A stretch of DNA of 63,186 nucleotides, counting the filler, from Octopus bimaculoides (lineage: Eukaryota): the NCBI RefSeq assembly GCF_001194135.2. It is 4 parts of 4 records of this genome, joined end to end, with 100 filler letters (N's around TTAATTAATTAA, not from the genome) between each part and the next. Parts side by side here need not be neighbours in the genome. Positions count along the whole stretch, not along the records: positions 18,303 to 28,647 come from NC_068995.1; positions 28,748 to 56,800 come from NC_068989.1; 2 more parts are not named here. One strand, 5' to 3'. The stretch's first letter is position 1, and every line of letters begins with the position of its first letter. The notes beneath the pieces are model-generated. The model was given only the letters and a program-made list of their open reading frames with translations. It ran no database searches and had not been told where the DNA came from. Made by a program: the position numbers and the translations under genes. Below, one piece after another: positions 25,500 to 38,569 of this stretch.

Positions 25500-25830
25500 G
25501 CAGATGTTGCTGTGTGGTAAAGGAGCTTGCTTCTCAACCATGTGATCTTAGGTTCAGTCCCACTGCATGGCACCTTGACCAAGTGTCTTCTACTACAACC
25601 CCAAACCAACCAAACCCTTGTGAGTGGATTTAGTAGAGAGGAAAGTGACAGAAGCCCATTGTATATGTGTGTGTTTGTGATTGTAAACTAGCAGCAGTGT
25701 CATAGAAGTGACATTGTTTGTTCTCAGTCTTCTGTGGAAGACATGTTTGACTTTGGGAAATATTGCCTTGCTTGGAAACAGGTTGGCAATAGGTCCATGT
25801 AACCCATACTAGCATGGAAAAGTTGATTTT
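25500..25830 (+). mobile_element. SINE with the same head and body as 10357 but an RTE-type 3' tail
   Basis: gttgctgtgtggtaaaggagcttgc...ggttcagtccc...ccttgaccaagtgtcttct...gagtggattt, then aacccatactagcatggaaaag...gatgatgat. A similar tail lies at 24090-24175. Confidence 0.65.
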
Positions 25831-25847
25831 AAGTGATGATGATGATA

Positions 25848-25908
<61 letters not shown>

Positions 25909-26923
25909 ATCACTGAGTTATTTCTATTTTTGTTTGAATTATTCAAATTACCTATGCTGTTACTATTTGTTACTCTGTATAAGTTTAAGTCCTCTAACTA
26001 CTGGAGATAAAGTCAGACAGATATGCTGATGAAAGCTATTGAGGCAGAAACACGTGTGCATGACTGACCCCTTAGACAGTAAGCCTGCCCCTTTCCTTAA
26101 TGTCAACTTTGAAGAATTCTTGGACCTTGAGATTATCTCCCTCAAGTTGAATGGATATCAAAGCAATTATGCGGATAAGCAAATTTCAAATATTAAATAT
26201 AATATATTAGTTTGAAACATGAATCTCCTCTCATCTAGGTCGTCTCATAGGATGCCCCATGAAAAATGAGAGAAAGCAAAAGATGGAGACTTTCAGACAA
26301 CAAATATTTAAGTAAAAATATACAGATGTTTTTATTAATAGCTCCAACTTACACAGAGTGCAACGACAGAGAAAATTGAAGGTGTGGAAGAAAGGTGTTA
26401 TAAGTCCAGCAACGATGTCTGGAGGCATGGAGATCCATGATGATGTTGGTAGATATAGTTCATCTCAATATGCGGCTGTAAAGGATGCTATCAATTTTGG
26501 ATGAAAGAAACCTCCATCATCAGGGTAGACATCTTACATTTCAAATCTTAATGCCAATATATAAAAGTCCAAATGGAGTAAGTGGAGCTAGAACACACAT
26601 GGAAACCAAAAGTGTTGCTGAAGAGTTCACAGATGTATCATGAAAGTTTTCCAGACAAGGGACAGGCATTAAAATAATAAAATCACAGTAACAAACAAGT
26701 GAAGAAAAAAATATATATATATATAGTGTGTGTGTTTATTTGGCAAAAAATAAATAACGACCGAAATACAACAATGATATCTATATGTTTGTAATTAAAT
26801 ATTTATTGTTTCAAAGTCTCCATCTTTTGCTTTCTCTCATTTTACATAAATACATATTTTGTGTTTCATGCCAAAACTATTATATTCTATTTAATATATC
26901 TAATTTGTTTATCCATATAATTG

Positions 26924-26959
<36 letters not shown>

Positions 26960-27081
26960 GATCTGTGGTCAAGAAATTCATTTTACAACCATGTAGTTCC
27001 AGGCTCAGTGCCATTGACAGAACTGTTGGTTGGTTAATACCTTTTGGGAGTAGAATTTGATGAACGAAACTTTGTTAAAGT

Positions 27082-27170
<89 letters not shown>

Positions 27171-27267
27171 CAATACAAATAAATGAGTATATGCATATAT
27201 ACGTACATGTATGTACATACCTACATCTACCTGTATATATATCTATATATATACCTGTGTGAGTGTA

Positions 27268-27499
27268 TGTACATAATTATTGCAGCTTTTTTTCAACAAA
27301 TTTTATTCAACAAAAACAATAACACCATGTAACAACAAAAACATCTTTAAATGATCGTTCCAGAGCATATTCACCATCTACTTCAATTACCGTTTTCCAT
27401 CTGCTTGGCAGACGCTCAGACCGTCATTTAAAGATGTTTTTGTTACATGTTACTGTTTTTGTTGAAAAAAAGCTGCAATAATTATGCACCAACCCAATA
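27268..27499. mobile_element. Palindromic mariner-type MITE
   Basis: cataattattgcagctttttttcaacaaa pairs with tttgttgaaaaaaagctgcaataattatg. Inner arms caaaaacatctttaaatga / tcatttaaagatgtttttg. The right end caccaacccaata is the reverse complement of a mariner-like TIR tattgggttggtg. Confidence 0.75.
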
Positions 27500-27860
27500 A
27501 ATTGGTTGAATTTTATATCATTGATCTAATGTCGATTCCTAATCTTTCAAATATGTTCATTATCCCATCTCAACTCTCTTCATCCCTGGACTCTCCTTTT
27601 ACCTCCCCCTTCCATCTCTTTATTCTCTCTCATTCTTTTCTCTCTCACTTGTTGTCAGTCTTCCTTTTCGCTGCCTACACCACCACCACCACCACCAACA
27701 CCAACCTCATATCATTGTTATCCTCACTCTCACTATTTCACTGTTGTTCTGCTCTTTTGTTTTTTCTTCTTATTTTGCGTTGTTTTCCTCTCTTTGTTGT
27801 CCTCCAAATCTCGAATTGTTCCTCTTCAACTTCTACCTCTTCTCTCTGTGGAAATCAAAG

Positions 27861-28078
27861 ACAACAGGAACGACGCCACCCAAGCATGTACAGCACCAGT
27901 GGAGGAGCAAGCAGTACATCAGACATTGCAGCGAGTGCACTGGTCAGCAGCAACAGTGGCAGTAGTGGTGGTGGTGGTGGTGGTGGTGTTGGTGGTGTTG
28001 GTGGTGGTGGTGGAAGTCGTAATAGTGGTGGTGGTAGTGGTGGTGTCAGCCGCATGAACTCGAGCTGTTGTACAGACA
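27861..28078 (+). CDS. BORCS8: Candidate C-terminal BORCS8 exon (QQERRHPSMYSTSGGASS...Gly-rich...RMNSSCCTD), runs into a gap
   Basis: Pyrimidine-rich region ending ...tctctctgtggaaatcaaAG. The phase-2 join with 21101 (aa+a=K) gives YEESRKQQERRHPSMYS in an open frame. The end is obscured by N at 28079-28088; a possible donor aaag|GTGAGA lies near 28105. Confidence 0.5.
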
Positions 28079-28355
28079 NNNNNNNNNNTGGGCTAAGTTA
28101 AAAGGTGAGAATATTTGGGGCTGTTGAGACCTCTCACTTAACTTTGCTAACCCTCTCCACCTCCAAAAAAAAAAAAACAGAAAAGGAAAAAATCCTGTTT
28201 TAACTCTAGTTAAAATTAGAAAATTTTCAAAATTAACATTTTTTAACCTTGAAAGGCAAAGTCGACGTTAGTTGCATTTGAACTCAGCATGCAGTGATGG
28301 GAAATACTACTAAGCATTTCGTCTAGCATGCTAACGTTTCTACCAGCCCCCTGTC

Positions 28356-28356
<1 letters not shown>

Positions 28357-28392
<36 letters not shown>

Positions 28393-28597
28393 TAATAATA
28401 AAAATAATAATAATAAAAATAATAATAAAAATAATAATAATAAAAATAATAATAATAATAAAAATAATAATAAAAATAATAATAATAAAAATAATAATAA
28501 AAATAATGATAATAATAATAATAATGATAATAATAATAATAATGATAATAATGATAATAATAATAATAATGATAAAAATAATAATAATAATAATAAT
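28357..28597. repeat. (AAT)n microsatellite array, imperfect
   Basis: Direct reading. Further (AAT/ATT)n arrays at 28846-28930, 29826-29968, 31108-31290, 32262-32330 and 60618-60750. Confidence 0.95.
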
Positions 28598-28647
28598 CAC
28601 AACGCTAATACTAATCTGAAAGAAGAAATTAAAAAACTGAAATGCCA

Positions 28648-28747
28648 NNNNNNNNNNNNNNNNNNNNNNNNNNNNNNNNNNNNNNNNNNNNTTAATTAAT
28701 TAANNNNNNNNNNNNNNNNNNNNNNNNNNNNNNNNNNNNNNNNNNNN
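28648..28747. other. Artificial scaffold linker 44N-TTAATTAATTAA-44N
   Basis: Same 100-bp structure as 18203-18302. Confidence 0.9.
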
Positions 28748-28844
28748 ATAACACCTACATAAACTTCTAGCTTGTTGTCTCTTGAGGTCTCTGGGTGAGA
28801 CTTGGATCCAACTTGTACAAATGCAAAACAAAAGTCAAACATAA

Positions 28845-28932
<88 letters not shown>

Positions 28933-29399
28933 GTTTTAAATTTAGGTACAAGGTCAGCTACTTCGAGAGCATCGGGTTAATAAAAATATATATAAGACTG
29001 GCCTCACAATTTCAACTGTTTAAATAAATAAAAACACTTATCATTAGGCTTGTACGAAAATGACAATGTGAAAATACCTAGACATCAATCTGTGCAGCAG
29101 ATGAACAAGATAATGGCTATTTATATTAAATATAGTATGTAGAGGTTTCAGAAACTTTAAAGTTTGTAATATATCTTGGAGTATAATTTTAACTAATGGA
29201 TTATATGATAGGAAATAATAAATAGTTATTCTCGAAATTTTCTTTTACCAGCATCGCAGATTTAAGCGCAAAGTTCTTGAGTGTTATAGCGTACATTAGT
29301 GAAGTGTGTTGACATACGGTATAATATACAATAACTCGATATGCTTAGTTAATAATTTCATACGTAATTGTGGTTACAGCACTGAACAGATATAGCATA

Positions 29400-29822
29400 T
29401 TATTACCGTTATTTACTTTTAATCTGCATGTTTGTTACGCCGAGACACACCAGGTGAAGGATAAGGGAGGTTACAGTATGACTGAGAAATTGGAGAGGAG
29501 AAGTAGCAGTTGTAGTAGCGAAATATCTTCATGTAATACAACACAGACATTTAAATTGATCGGGTTTTTTTAAGGATGACGACAGTACTTGTCAGCACAA
29601 TCGTTTGGATTTCTCTGAGACATGTTTCTCCTTGGAGGTCTAGCTGATTATGACATCCGAGGGTACCTACAATAACAGGAACAGTTCTTGCTCTAAGATA
29701 CCAGATCTTTTGCATCTATTTCTAGATCCTTATATTTAATCTGTCAAATTCTTTTATAGGTGTATTTTTATCAATGGTAACAGTTACATCTATTAGTCTA
29801 CAAGTATTCTTTTTGGTCTTTT
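29400..29822 (-). mobile_element. 5'-truncated R4/Dong-like retroposon (endonuclease C-terminus plus 3' UTR)
   Basis: Homologous to 31340-31745 (shared agtagcgaaatatcttcatgtaatacaacacag, agtacttgtcagcacaat, ttacatctattagtctacaagtatt). The truncated 5' end abuts (ATT)n. Confidence 0.7.
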
Positions 29823-29823
29823 A

Positions 29824-29968
<145 letters not shown>

Positions 29969-30496
29969 GAGTGAGAGAGCAGCGCTTGCCATCAAAGTGA
30001 CAGTGGGGTAAAATATACGAAGCCCAGTATACCCAGCATGACTAGCCGTCTGATAAGGGTACACTAGGAACATGCATCACAACCACATTTGCGCGACATA
30101 GATCTCATATCAAGATTAACAGCGTATGACCTTTCAGGTCAGAATTTTCTTCAGGTCAAGTAGCCCATCCCGCTCAAAAGGTCTCTGAATAAGGGTTGTT
30201 TAAGGATGTTGAACAAAGCACTCATGTTTCCAAAGGTATCCAAACCCCAAAACATTCCTCTCAACACGTGGCTATGATTCTCCCGCTCATGATCAGAGAT
30301 TCACATATCGTCAGCCTCTAAGAGACATGCTCAAGTGGTTAAGGTCAAACAAATGACCAGTAAATGTGTGTTACTGAGCAGAATATTTGCTGTAGCCCAT
30401 CTTTTACACCAAGACAAAACAATGTACATGATAACAACTCCAGTCAGTTAAAATCAGAATCCATGAGAGCCAGTGCTTAGTACTGTAATCAGGGCA
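29969..30496 (+). mobile_element. ~520-bp non-coding interspersed element flanked by ATT repeats
   Basis: Starts immediately after (ATT)n and ends in gggcatttattatt. An inverted homologue lies at 30587-31107. Strand is arbitrary. Confidence 0.7.
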
Positions 30497-30526
30497 TTTA
30501 TTATTATCATCATCATCATCATCACT

Positions 30527-30584
<58 letters not shown>

Positions 30585-30586
30585 TA

Positions 30587-31107
30587 TGCCATGATGCAGT
30601 ACCAGGCACTGGCTCTCATGGCTTCTGATTTTAACTGATTAGAAGTGTTATCATATCCACGTTTTGTCTTGATATAAAAGATGGGCTACAGTAAATATTC
30701 TGCTCAGTAAAACAGATTTGCTTGTCAGTTGTTTGACCTTAACCAGTTGAGCATGTCTCTTTGTGGTTAACGATTTGTGCATCTCTGATCAAGAGCAGGA
30801 GCAGTGGAGGAGCTTCATAGCCATGTGTTGTGAGGAATTTTGGTGGGCTAGAATAATTCACCTCTGGAAACATGGGTGTTTCGTTCAATATCTTTAAACA
30901 TCCTTTATTCAGGGACCTTTTGGGAGGGATGGGCTACTTGACCCGAAGAAAATTCTAACTGGACCCCATCTACAAGGTCATGCGCTGTTTATTTTGATAT
31001 GAGATCACCATGTCACGCACATATGGATGTGATGCAAGTGCTTGGCGTACCCTTATCAGACGGGTAGTCATGATGGGTATATTGGTCTTCATATAATTGT
31101 ACCCCAC
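30587..31107 (-). mobile_element. Inverted second copy of the ~520-bp element
   Basis: For example gcactggctctcatgg is the reverse complement of ccatgagagccagtgc, aaaagatgggctacag of ctgtagcccatctttt, and ccttatcagacgg of ccgtctgataagg. Confidence 0.75.
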
Positions 31108-31116
31108 TTATTATTA

Positions 31117-31180
<64 letters not shown>

Positions 31181-31289
31181 CCTTATGATTATTATTATTA
31201 TTATTACTAACACCATCATCATAATTATCAACATTATTATTATTAACATTATCATCAGCATTATCAACGTTGCTATTATTATTATTTTA

Positions 31290-32142
31290 GATTTCATCTG
31301 CATGTTTGTTACAATCACTTGCTGAGACATACCCAGCGTAGCGTCATAAGGCAAGTGAAGGATAAGGGATGTTACATTATTACTGAAAGTTTGGGGAGGG
31401 TAAGTGGCAGGGACAGTAGCGAAATATCTTCATGTAATACAACACAGTGGTTTAAATGGATTGGGTTTTTCTAAGGATGTGGGTAGTACTTGTCAGCACA
31501 ATTTTTTGGATTTCACCGAGACATGGTTCTCCTGTGGTATTATCTTGATGTTCCTGCATCCCTTTCTTAACATGCCAATGGCACCCACAATAACAGGAAC
31601 AGTTCTCGCTTTAAGATGCCAAGATGCCACATCTTTTGTATTTCAATTTCCAGGTCCTTATATTTACTTCATTCGTCAAATTCCTTTACAGATATATTTT
31701 CATTAATGGGAACACTTACATCTATTAGTCTACAAGTATTTCGTCCCTGTCTTTAATAATTATGTCTAGTCGATTAGCCTGGATCGTTCTGTTGGTGCTG
31801 ACAATCCAAGAGGATAGTGACATTTTTACCTTCAACGACTGACTCAGGATGTTCATACCAATAAGCAGGAGTACTGATTTTGTAGTGTTTACATATTTTC
31901 CAGTGTAAATACTCTCCTACCCTATCATGGCGATGTTTGTATTTGTTTGGTGTCAGCACAGGATATCCCCAGGACGAGACTGTCTACTGTTTCATCAAAT
32001 GTATCGCAGAATCTGCATTTAGGGTCAGGACCGTTTTAAAGAACGTTAGCCTGGTAGTTTTTAGTAAGCAAGCTTTGGTCTTGTGCCACTAATATGAAAT
32101 ATTCAGTCTCCTCTTTTAGTCCTGAATTTTCCAGTCACTGAT
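31290..32142 (-). mobile_element. R4/Dong-clade non-LTR retrotransposon 3' part (zinc-knuckle region plus restriction-like endonuclease)
   Basis: Minus strand WLENSGLKEETEYFILVAQDQSL...YKHRHDRVGEYLHWKICKHYKI...WYEHPESVVEGKNVTILLD...QKIVLTSTTHILRK matches the R4/Dong C-terminus. The 3' UTR ends aaatctaaa directly into (TAA)n. Frameshifted. Confidence 0.8.
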
Positions 32143-32188
32143 GGGTTGTTGCTTTGTCAACATCAGCACTTCGACTTCTTCTATCAGC

Positions 32189-32219
<31 letters not shown>

Positions 32220-32261
32220 CTTCTTCTTCTTCTTCTTCTTCTTCTTCTTCTTCTTCTTCTG

Positions 32262-32327
<66 letters not shown>

Positions 32328-35300
32328 GTTGTTGTTGTTGTTGTTGTTGTTGCTGTTGTTATTGTTGCCGTCGTCGCTGTTGTTGTTACTATTTACTATT
32401 CTTCACATTCTGAGTTGAAATCTCTATGAGGTCATCTTTTACCTTTCAAACTCCCCACCACCACCACCACCACCACCATAATCACCACAGGTCGATAAAA
32501 TAAAGCATCTCTCAAGTTCTGGAGTTGTAGGCATCGACAAATCTCCTTCTACCAAAATGGCTAGTACTGTGTCTAAATCAGAAACCATTATAAACGTTGT
32601 GTGCTTGATGGCGTTTTGGTGGTGGTGCTATTGTTGTTGGGTATGATGGATAAACGTGTCTCACAAGTCTTCCGAATAAACAGGAATATTTTTAATTCTC
32701 GTAAAATTCTTGTTCTGCAGTATTAATCTCTGGAATACTTGAGGAAGTACACTGCTTATCCTGGGGCGAAGAACATAAATCATTGTTATTATTTGACATT
32801 TATTATTTTGTTGACTCTCGTTTGCTTGCATGACAATATAGCTTTTTAGTTTGACTAGTGGTAAGAACTGCTAACTAAAAATGCAGTGTTGACGCTTCCA
32901 AATATTTCGAAGAAAATTTGGTTGAAAATTGTGAATATATCAACTCAGATTGTAAAACCAGGTTAAGAAGAGAAAAATAAATTCTGACAATTACATAGAC
33001 TTCAACAGAAGCACTGACGTAAATAAAGTCGAAAAGTTATTGTAATCACAGCCACTGGGAACAGTCAAAATTTTCACAATAGTTACAACAATAAAAATAG
33101 TCTTACCAGCTTCGCGAGTCGAAGTAATGCCATGAACACAGAAGTGTACGTTGGAAATGCGAGAGAATTATGTCAAAAAATTTTCTTCGTCATTGACCAG
33201 AAATTTTATAGAAAACAAAAAGCGGTAAGAGACACATTTCTACATCTCGGAAAGCCGAATGACTTTCAGCGTATCATCCGAAGAGCAGTCAAGAAATAAG
33301 CACTCGGTTGGATAATATGGTTTTCAATGATTAGAGTGGAGAATATTAGAGTGTATCTGATCTTGAGAACAAGAGAAGAGACGATGCGATAGGCCGAGTT
33401 GGTGCTGCAATATCTGGAGCAAACTACAAGTAAGATCAAAACAAGGACCAATGAGTTTGACGCTGGTCCATTGGCTTATCATAATCTACGCTGTGACAGA
33501 GAACAGGCATGTTACTAGTGTCGATATCACAAGAAATGATAAGTAGTCGTGCAGAAGTGAGGGCTATTTGAGAAGAAGAGAGACTAGGACAACGATAGAA
33601 TCAGCACAAAGAGCAACAGGAAACCAGAAGCACCATTATCAAAATTACACTTGCCGTAGCATCTTGTTCAAGGGACAAAAGTATTTCTCAGAAAGACAAC
33701 CACGATGCCGAAGCTCGTTCCCCTCGCTACTAACAACCTACTGTTTTTTAGAAATGGGGAATAAATAGACAGTAGTAGAGCGAACCGGCGGGGAGTCTAA
33801 AAGAAATAGGAAAAGAAAATAGGGAAGAAAGCATCAATTAGCTAAACCGATAGACTTCTAACATGGAAATAATCCCTCTACATATAACATGAAATTCATG
33901 GTCTTGCTAATAAGTAATGTAAGATATGAAAATGGGCATTCTTATTTGTGGTTATTAGGACTGTGCTCTTAATTAGGAAGAAATGGAATGAGATTTAAAA
34001 AAATATTTAGACAAGAGTGTGTTGATAGCATTCGCACCGTCTTTTTTTTTTAAAACATACTGTTAAACAGACATTCTCTGAGAATGTCAGATGCGTTTTG
34101 GCTGCTACGGCCAACGAGGAATTATGATAGATGAGAGGTAATATGAAGAATGAAGAAGTGTGTCGGAGAAATACCTTTCCCACATAGAAAATAGAAGAGA
34201 GGCATTTATAGTATTAATAGTAATGGGTAACGATAATGTTGATACCAACACAATTACTTTTGACTGTAAAATCAACAATAGTAACACTTCTGCTAACATT
34301 CTCACCACTACCATCGCCACCACTGTCACTACTGCCACTGACAAGAAGGTCAAACGCTTTTTCAGCCACTGTTGCCGCCAGCAAGAAACCTATCTCCTGG
34401 GTTACGAACTCATTCAGAAATAAACAAGCCTCCGTTTGCAGCAGGGTCTGTTTGGTAGTCAAATTAACTGTTTCGGTCATATGCTCGGTCCATCACGAGT
34501 GTCTCCTTTTATTGTTCTTGTATGCTTCGTTTCTTGAAGTTATGCAGAGTATTTGAGTAGCATCCCAATCAACCTCAGGTGTGTTGGTACATATGACCGA
34601 CATCACTGCGATGATGTCGGTCTCATCAGATATCGAAGTAGCCAGCCCCTTACCTAAAGAAATCAGAAGACGTAACAGGAGTGCACATTGACCATAACAA
34701 GCTTGTAGGCCTGCAAATCGGCAGTTGGACATGCAAGTCCGCACAGGCCCCAATGGTGAAGCTAGAGATTTTGAGGTCTGATTCAGTCTGGCAGATAAGA
34801 TGAGTATCCCAGCAGCGTTCCAGTCTCAGAAAATGGCAGAAATGAAACTATTTGAGAAAGACTGTAAAGTGGTGAATGTCTACACTGTCTGCATTGCATA
34901 TTTCTGCATTACTGATGTTACTTGTACCAGTTCACAACTGACCACAGTGGATCGTGCAATCTTTCGGGTGTTGCTGAAGAGGCATGTGGCACTTAGAATG
35001 CTTATCTACTACCAACATTCTCTCTTCGATTGTCCCGTATTCTATGATTGATGATGGGTCGGTTATTTAATGGGTCATCTTTTCTTGTCAATCATTGATG
35101 GTGCTGAAGAATAACTTCATCCTACTGCGCAATGTATCAGGTAAACAATGACCAATAGCCTTGTATAACCTTGCAGAAAAGAAAAACAAAAAACAAAATA
35201 AAATAAACAACAGTATTTTCAAATCACCGAAATTGTTTAAAGTACGTCTCTAATCACAATATGTAATATTTTAAAGAAGAAGCGTTGCTAATTTTTTTTA

Positions 35301-36040
35301 TTGTTTGTTTCTATTATTGCTTTATATCATTAATATTTCTATTATTGTTGGACTAACATTATTTTCAAAATTGATATCATATTACCTCTATGCTATTATT
35401 GTATATAGTTCTATAGAAGCTGGGGATTTATTTTCAAAGTGTCATATTAAACATCATAGACAAAACATGTTTCAAAATAATATCATGTGTTTTAAATCTA
35501 TTATTTATGGCGATTATCCCTTGCTTTACAGATTCCAGTTATTTTAACGTGTTAGTTCATTGTTAATGCTGTTTTTATGAAACAGAAGATATTCTACTCA
35601 TTCATTCTGGAGAGATTATCTCCTAAATCATCTTATTTATATCGTCCTGCACAATGCCTCATGTATGTTTTAACTTAATTTTCAAATCCTCTAATCCATG
35701 TAGGAAAACTCCAATCTTTTGTTGCGATACGTTGTGTAATTAACCCCAGATTTTCAAATACTAAAGATAAACGAACAGAAAATAAAATCAACTCACAAAT
35801 ATCGATGAAAATTGATAATGTGTGATGTTGAATATTTCTCTCTGTACATTGCTTTTGAAATCTCTTAATCTGTGTTGCTATAATGAAAGATGGTATTTCG
35901 AAATACCATCTTCTATTCATAGGAATTACTTTAAATCTGTTATATGTAAACTCATAATCTGTTAATAATATATCAGCTGAATTTATATATATCACCAACT
36001 TCCTGTTCAGTTTCTGTAAGATATGACTCAAGTCTATTCT

Positions 36041-36100
<60 letters not shown>

Positions 36101-37348
36101 GGTGGTGGTGGTGGTNNNNNNNNNNNNNNNNNNNNNNNNNNNNNNNNNNNNNNNNNNNNNNNNNNNNNNNNNNNNNNNNNNNNNNNNNNNNNNNNNNNNN
36201 NCGGTGGTGGTCATACGCGGGTTCCCTGTCACTGTTCAAATATGAGATACGCCGATATTTTCTATACAAGAAATAGCTATACTATTAAAATTGCTAGTAT
36301 AACAGAAATTACTGTTTCATCGACAAGATTAATATTTTTTTCATTATCACTATGTAGCGGAGTTGGAAAATCGGTTGAGCTCTATACAAAATTATTTGTA
36401 GCATTTTATTTAAGCAGTTTATCAAATCCTTCAGAGGTCGACTTTACTTTTCGTAATTGCGAGGCCGATAAGATATTTGAATCGACTTAATTAATCCTCG
36501 TCATAAATTGTGACAGTCAGACGATAACAGAAATCATTATCTTAATAGCATCACAATAATTTGTTTCATACATTCTGCTTTACCCATTATATGTTGTAAA
36601 ATAGAGTTATAGCCTCGATTTTCAACTTAATCAACTAGCTTTGGTTTGTGGTTTAGTGCTATCGTACACGTTTCTACGTGTTTGTTTGATTTTCTAATAA
36701 GATTTTTTTTGTACAAGGATATCCGAGGATATCGTCGGCATGATGTGAAATATTGATGACGGCCTTGTAATGATATCAGATAACATTTAAATTAATTTCA
36801 TTCGCACATCATTTGTCTTGTCACTAGATTAACTGTCTTTATATGGATTGTTAGTTTTGACAGCACGTGTTCTATTAAAAGTTCTTCGAATAAAATGTGC
36901 AAACTAATTCGTTTGGAGAATCTTCTCATATTTTCAAGAGCACCAATAAACCCTGAAAACACAGCAATTGTACTGCAGAATCTACCACAAAGCAAAAAGG
37001 GACTCTATTAGCGCGAATCAAAAATTGACACAAAGAAAAGAGAACTATTTGGAGATTATTAAAGTTCCTATTGATGCATTCAACCAATTACACAACCAAA
37101 TAAAACTATATTGTCGACACATACCACTAAAGATAGGTGAGAGTTAACATTGAAGGGAAACAAGAAACAATAACAGAATTCGAATACAGGATAGCAAAAG
37201 CAGTCAAAAATTATCAACGTAAATACTTGTGCAAGCTGCACACGAACAGGCGATGTCCCGAAGTAATTAATTAAGCCATTGTTATTATATTATACGAAAT
37301 TCTGCCCTCAGAATCAAACAGATTGAATATTTTAATGTATTATGTGCT

Positions 37349-37424
<76 letters not shown>

Positions 37425-37947
37425 GAGTAGCAATAGTAGAAGTGGTGGCAGCAGCTTTGACCTTAACTACAATCAAATCTTCCTCAACCAACATCTCACC
37501 CGAGGCACCAAACTTATAAGCTGGAAAGAAAACGCTCAACATAAAACTGAAAAAGAAAACCTGTTCTTGATAAGCGAGAAGGAAAAGATTGGGTCCAATG
37601 AGAAAACGACACAAAACGACACCTGTTCCCCAAATCAAAAAAGCTTGAATAAATCATATCACCAAAAGAGGTTTTGAAAAAGATGAACTCTTCTTACGGA
37701 AGTACAACGTATTTCAATCAAATAACAACAAAATATTATACATGTACCTTAACAAAACGATAGAAAAAATAATAACATATAGATAACACTGGAAGTAACG
37801 CTAACATCAATGGAAATCACTCATATTATGGTAGGGTGGAATATTGAGCTAATGTTTTCAGCACAATAACAATAGCTCAACAGATCAAAAGGAAAGATAA
37901 AAATATACAAAAATAACTACAATAGTATGGCAAGCATGGTTCAACAC

Positions 37948-38165
37948 CATCATCATTTCCCACGATCTTCGCCCGTGGTAGAATGCGCATCAACATGAGA
38001 TAGTTTTCTCCATAGTATTCGATATTTGATAAGAGCATTCAGAGAAACTATATCAAGGCTTGTCCATGCAGTGATGTTATCTTTCCATCTCTTAAGTTGC
38101 AGCCCTCTGTTTCTCCTTCCATTAATCATGTCTTCTGCCATTCGCTTAATTTGGCCAAGGTATTT
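37948..38165 (-). mobile_element. RTE-like LINE 3' end
   Basis: INGRRNRGLQLKRWKDNITAWTSL...RILWRKL resembles the RTE C-terminal G.R.RGR...RW.DNI..W motif; ends in gatgatg. Confidence 0.65.
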
Positions 38166-38533
38166 ATTTCTATCATTGCAACAAATAATCAAAAATGACT
38201 TGTATGTATCCTCCCCACTCCTTCTTAACTTGTTTACTAACCTGACAGAGGAACATAGGACAAACCCTTGCTCTTGAACAAATAATCGAAAAATCCATAG
38301 AATTCAACAGACCAATACTAGAGAGTGCTGAAAAGTTCTTGGCTTTAAGGGCATCACGTAAGGTCTGGTTGGAGGCCCAACCATCCAAGTTCTAAAATAG
38401 GACTTAGAAATACTGAAGGACCGCTGCAATAAGTGTTTGAATCTGGGAGGGAAATATGTTGAATAAAATCCTAATTACCAGATCCTCATGTACTTTCTTT
38501 TACCCAAAGCCAGGAACATTTCAGCACACTCTC

Positions 38534-38564
<31 letters not shown>

Positions 38565-38569
<5 letters not shown>

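Noticed and set aside
26231-26700. Minus-strand YPDD resembling an RT active site
   Set aside because: No other RT motifs surround it. The plus strand looks instead like a very decayed RTE endonuclease, too weak to call.
33100-35050. Faint piggyBac-like (33380-33480) and L1-like (AEKAFD, 34300-34900) motifs
   Set aside because: Too degenerate to support by eye; needs a profile search.
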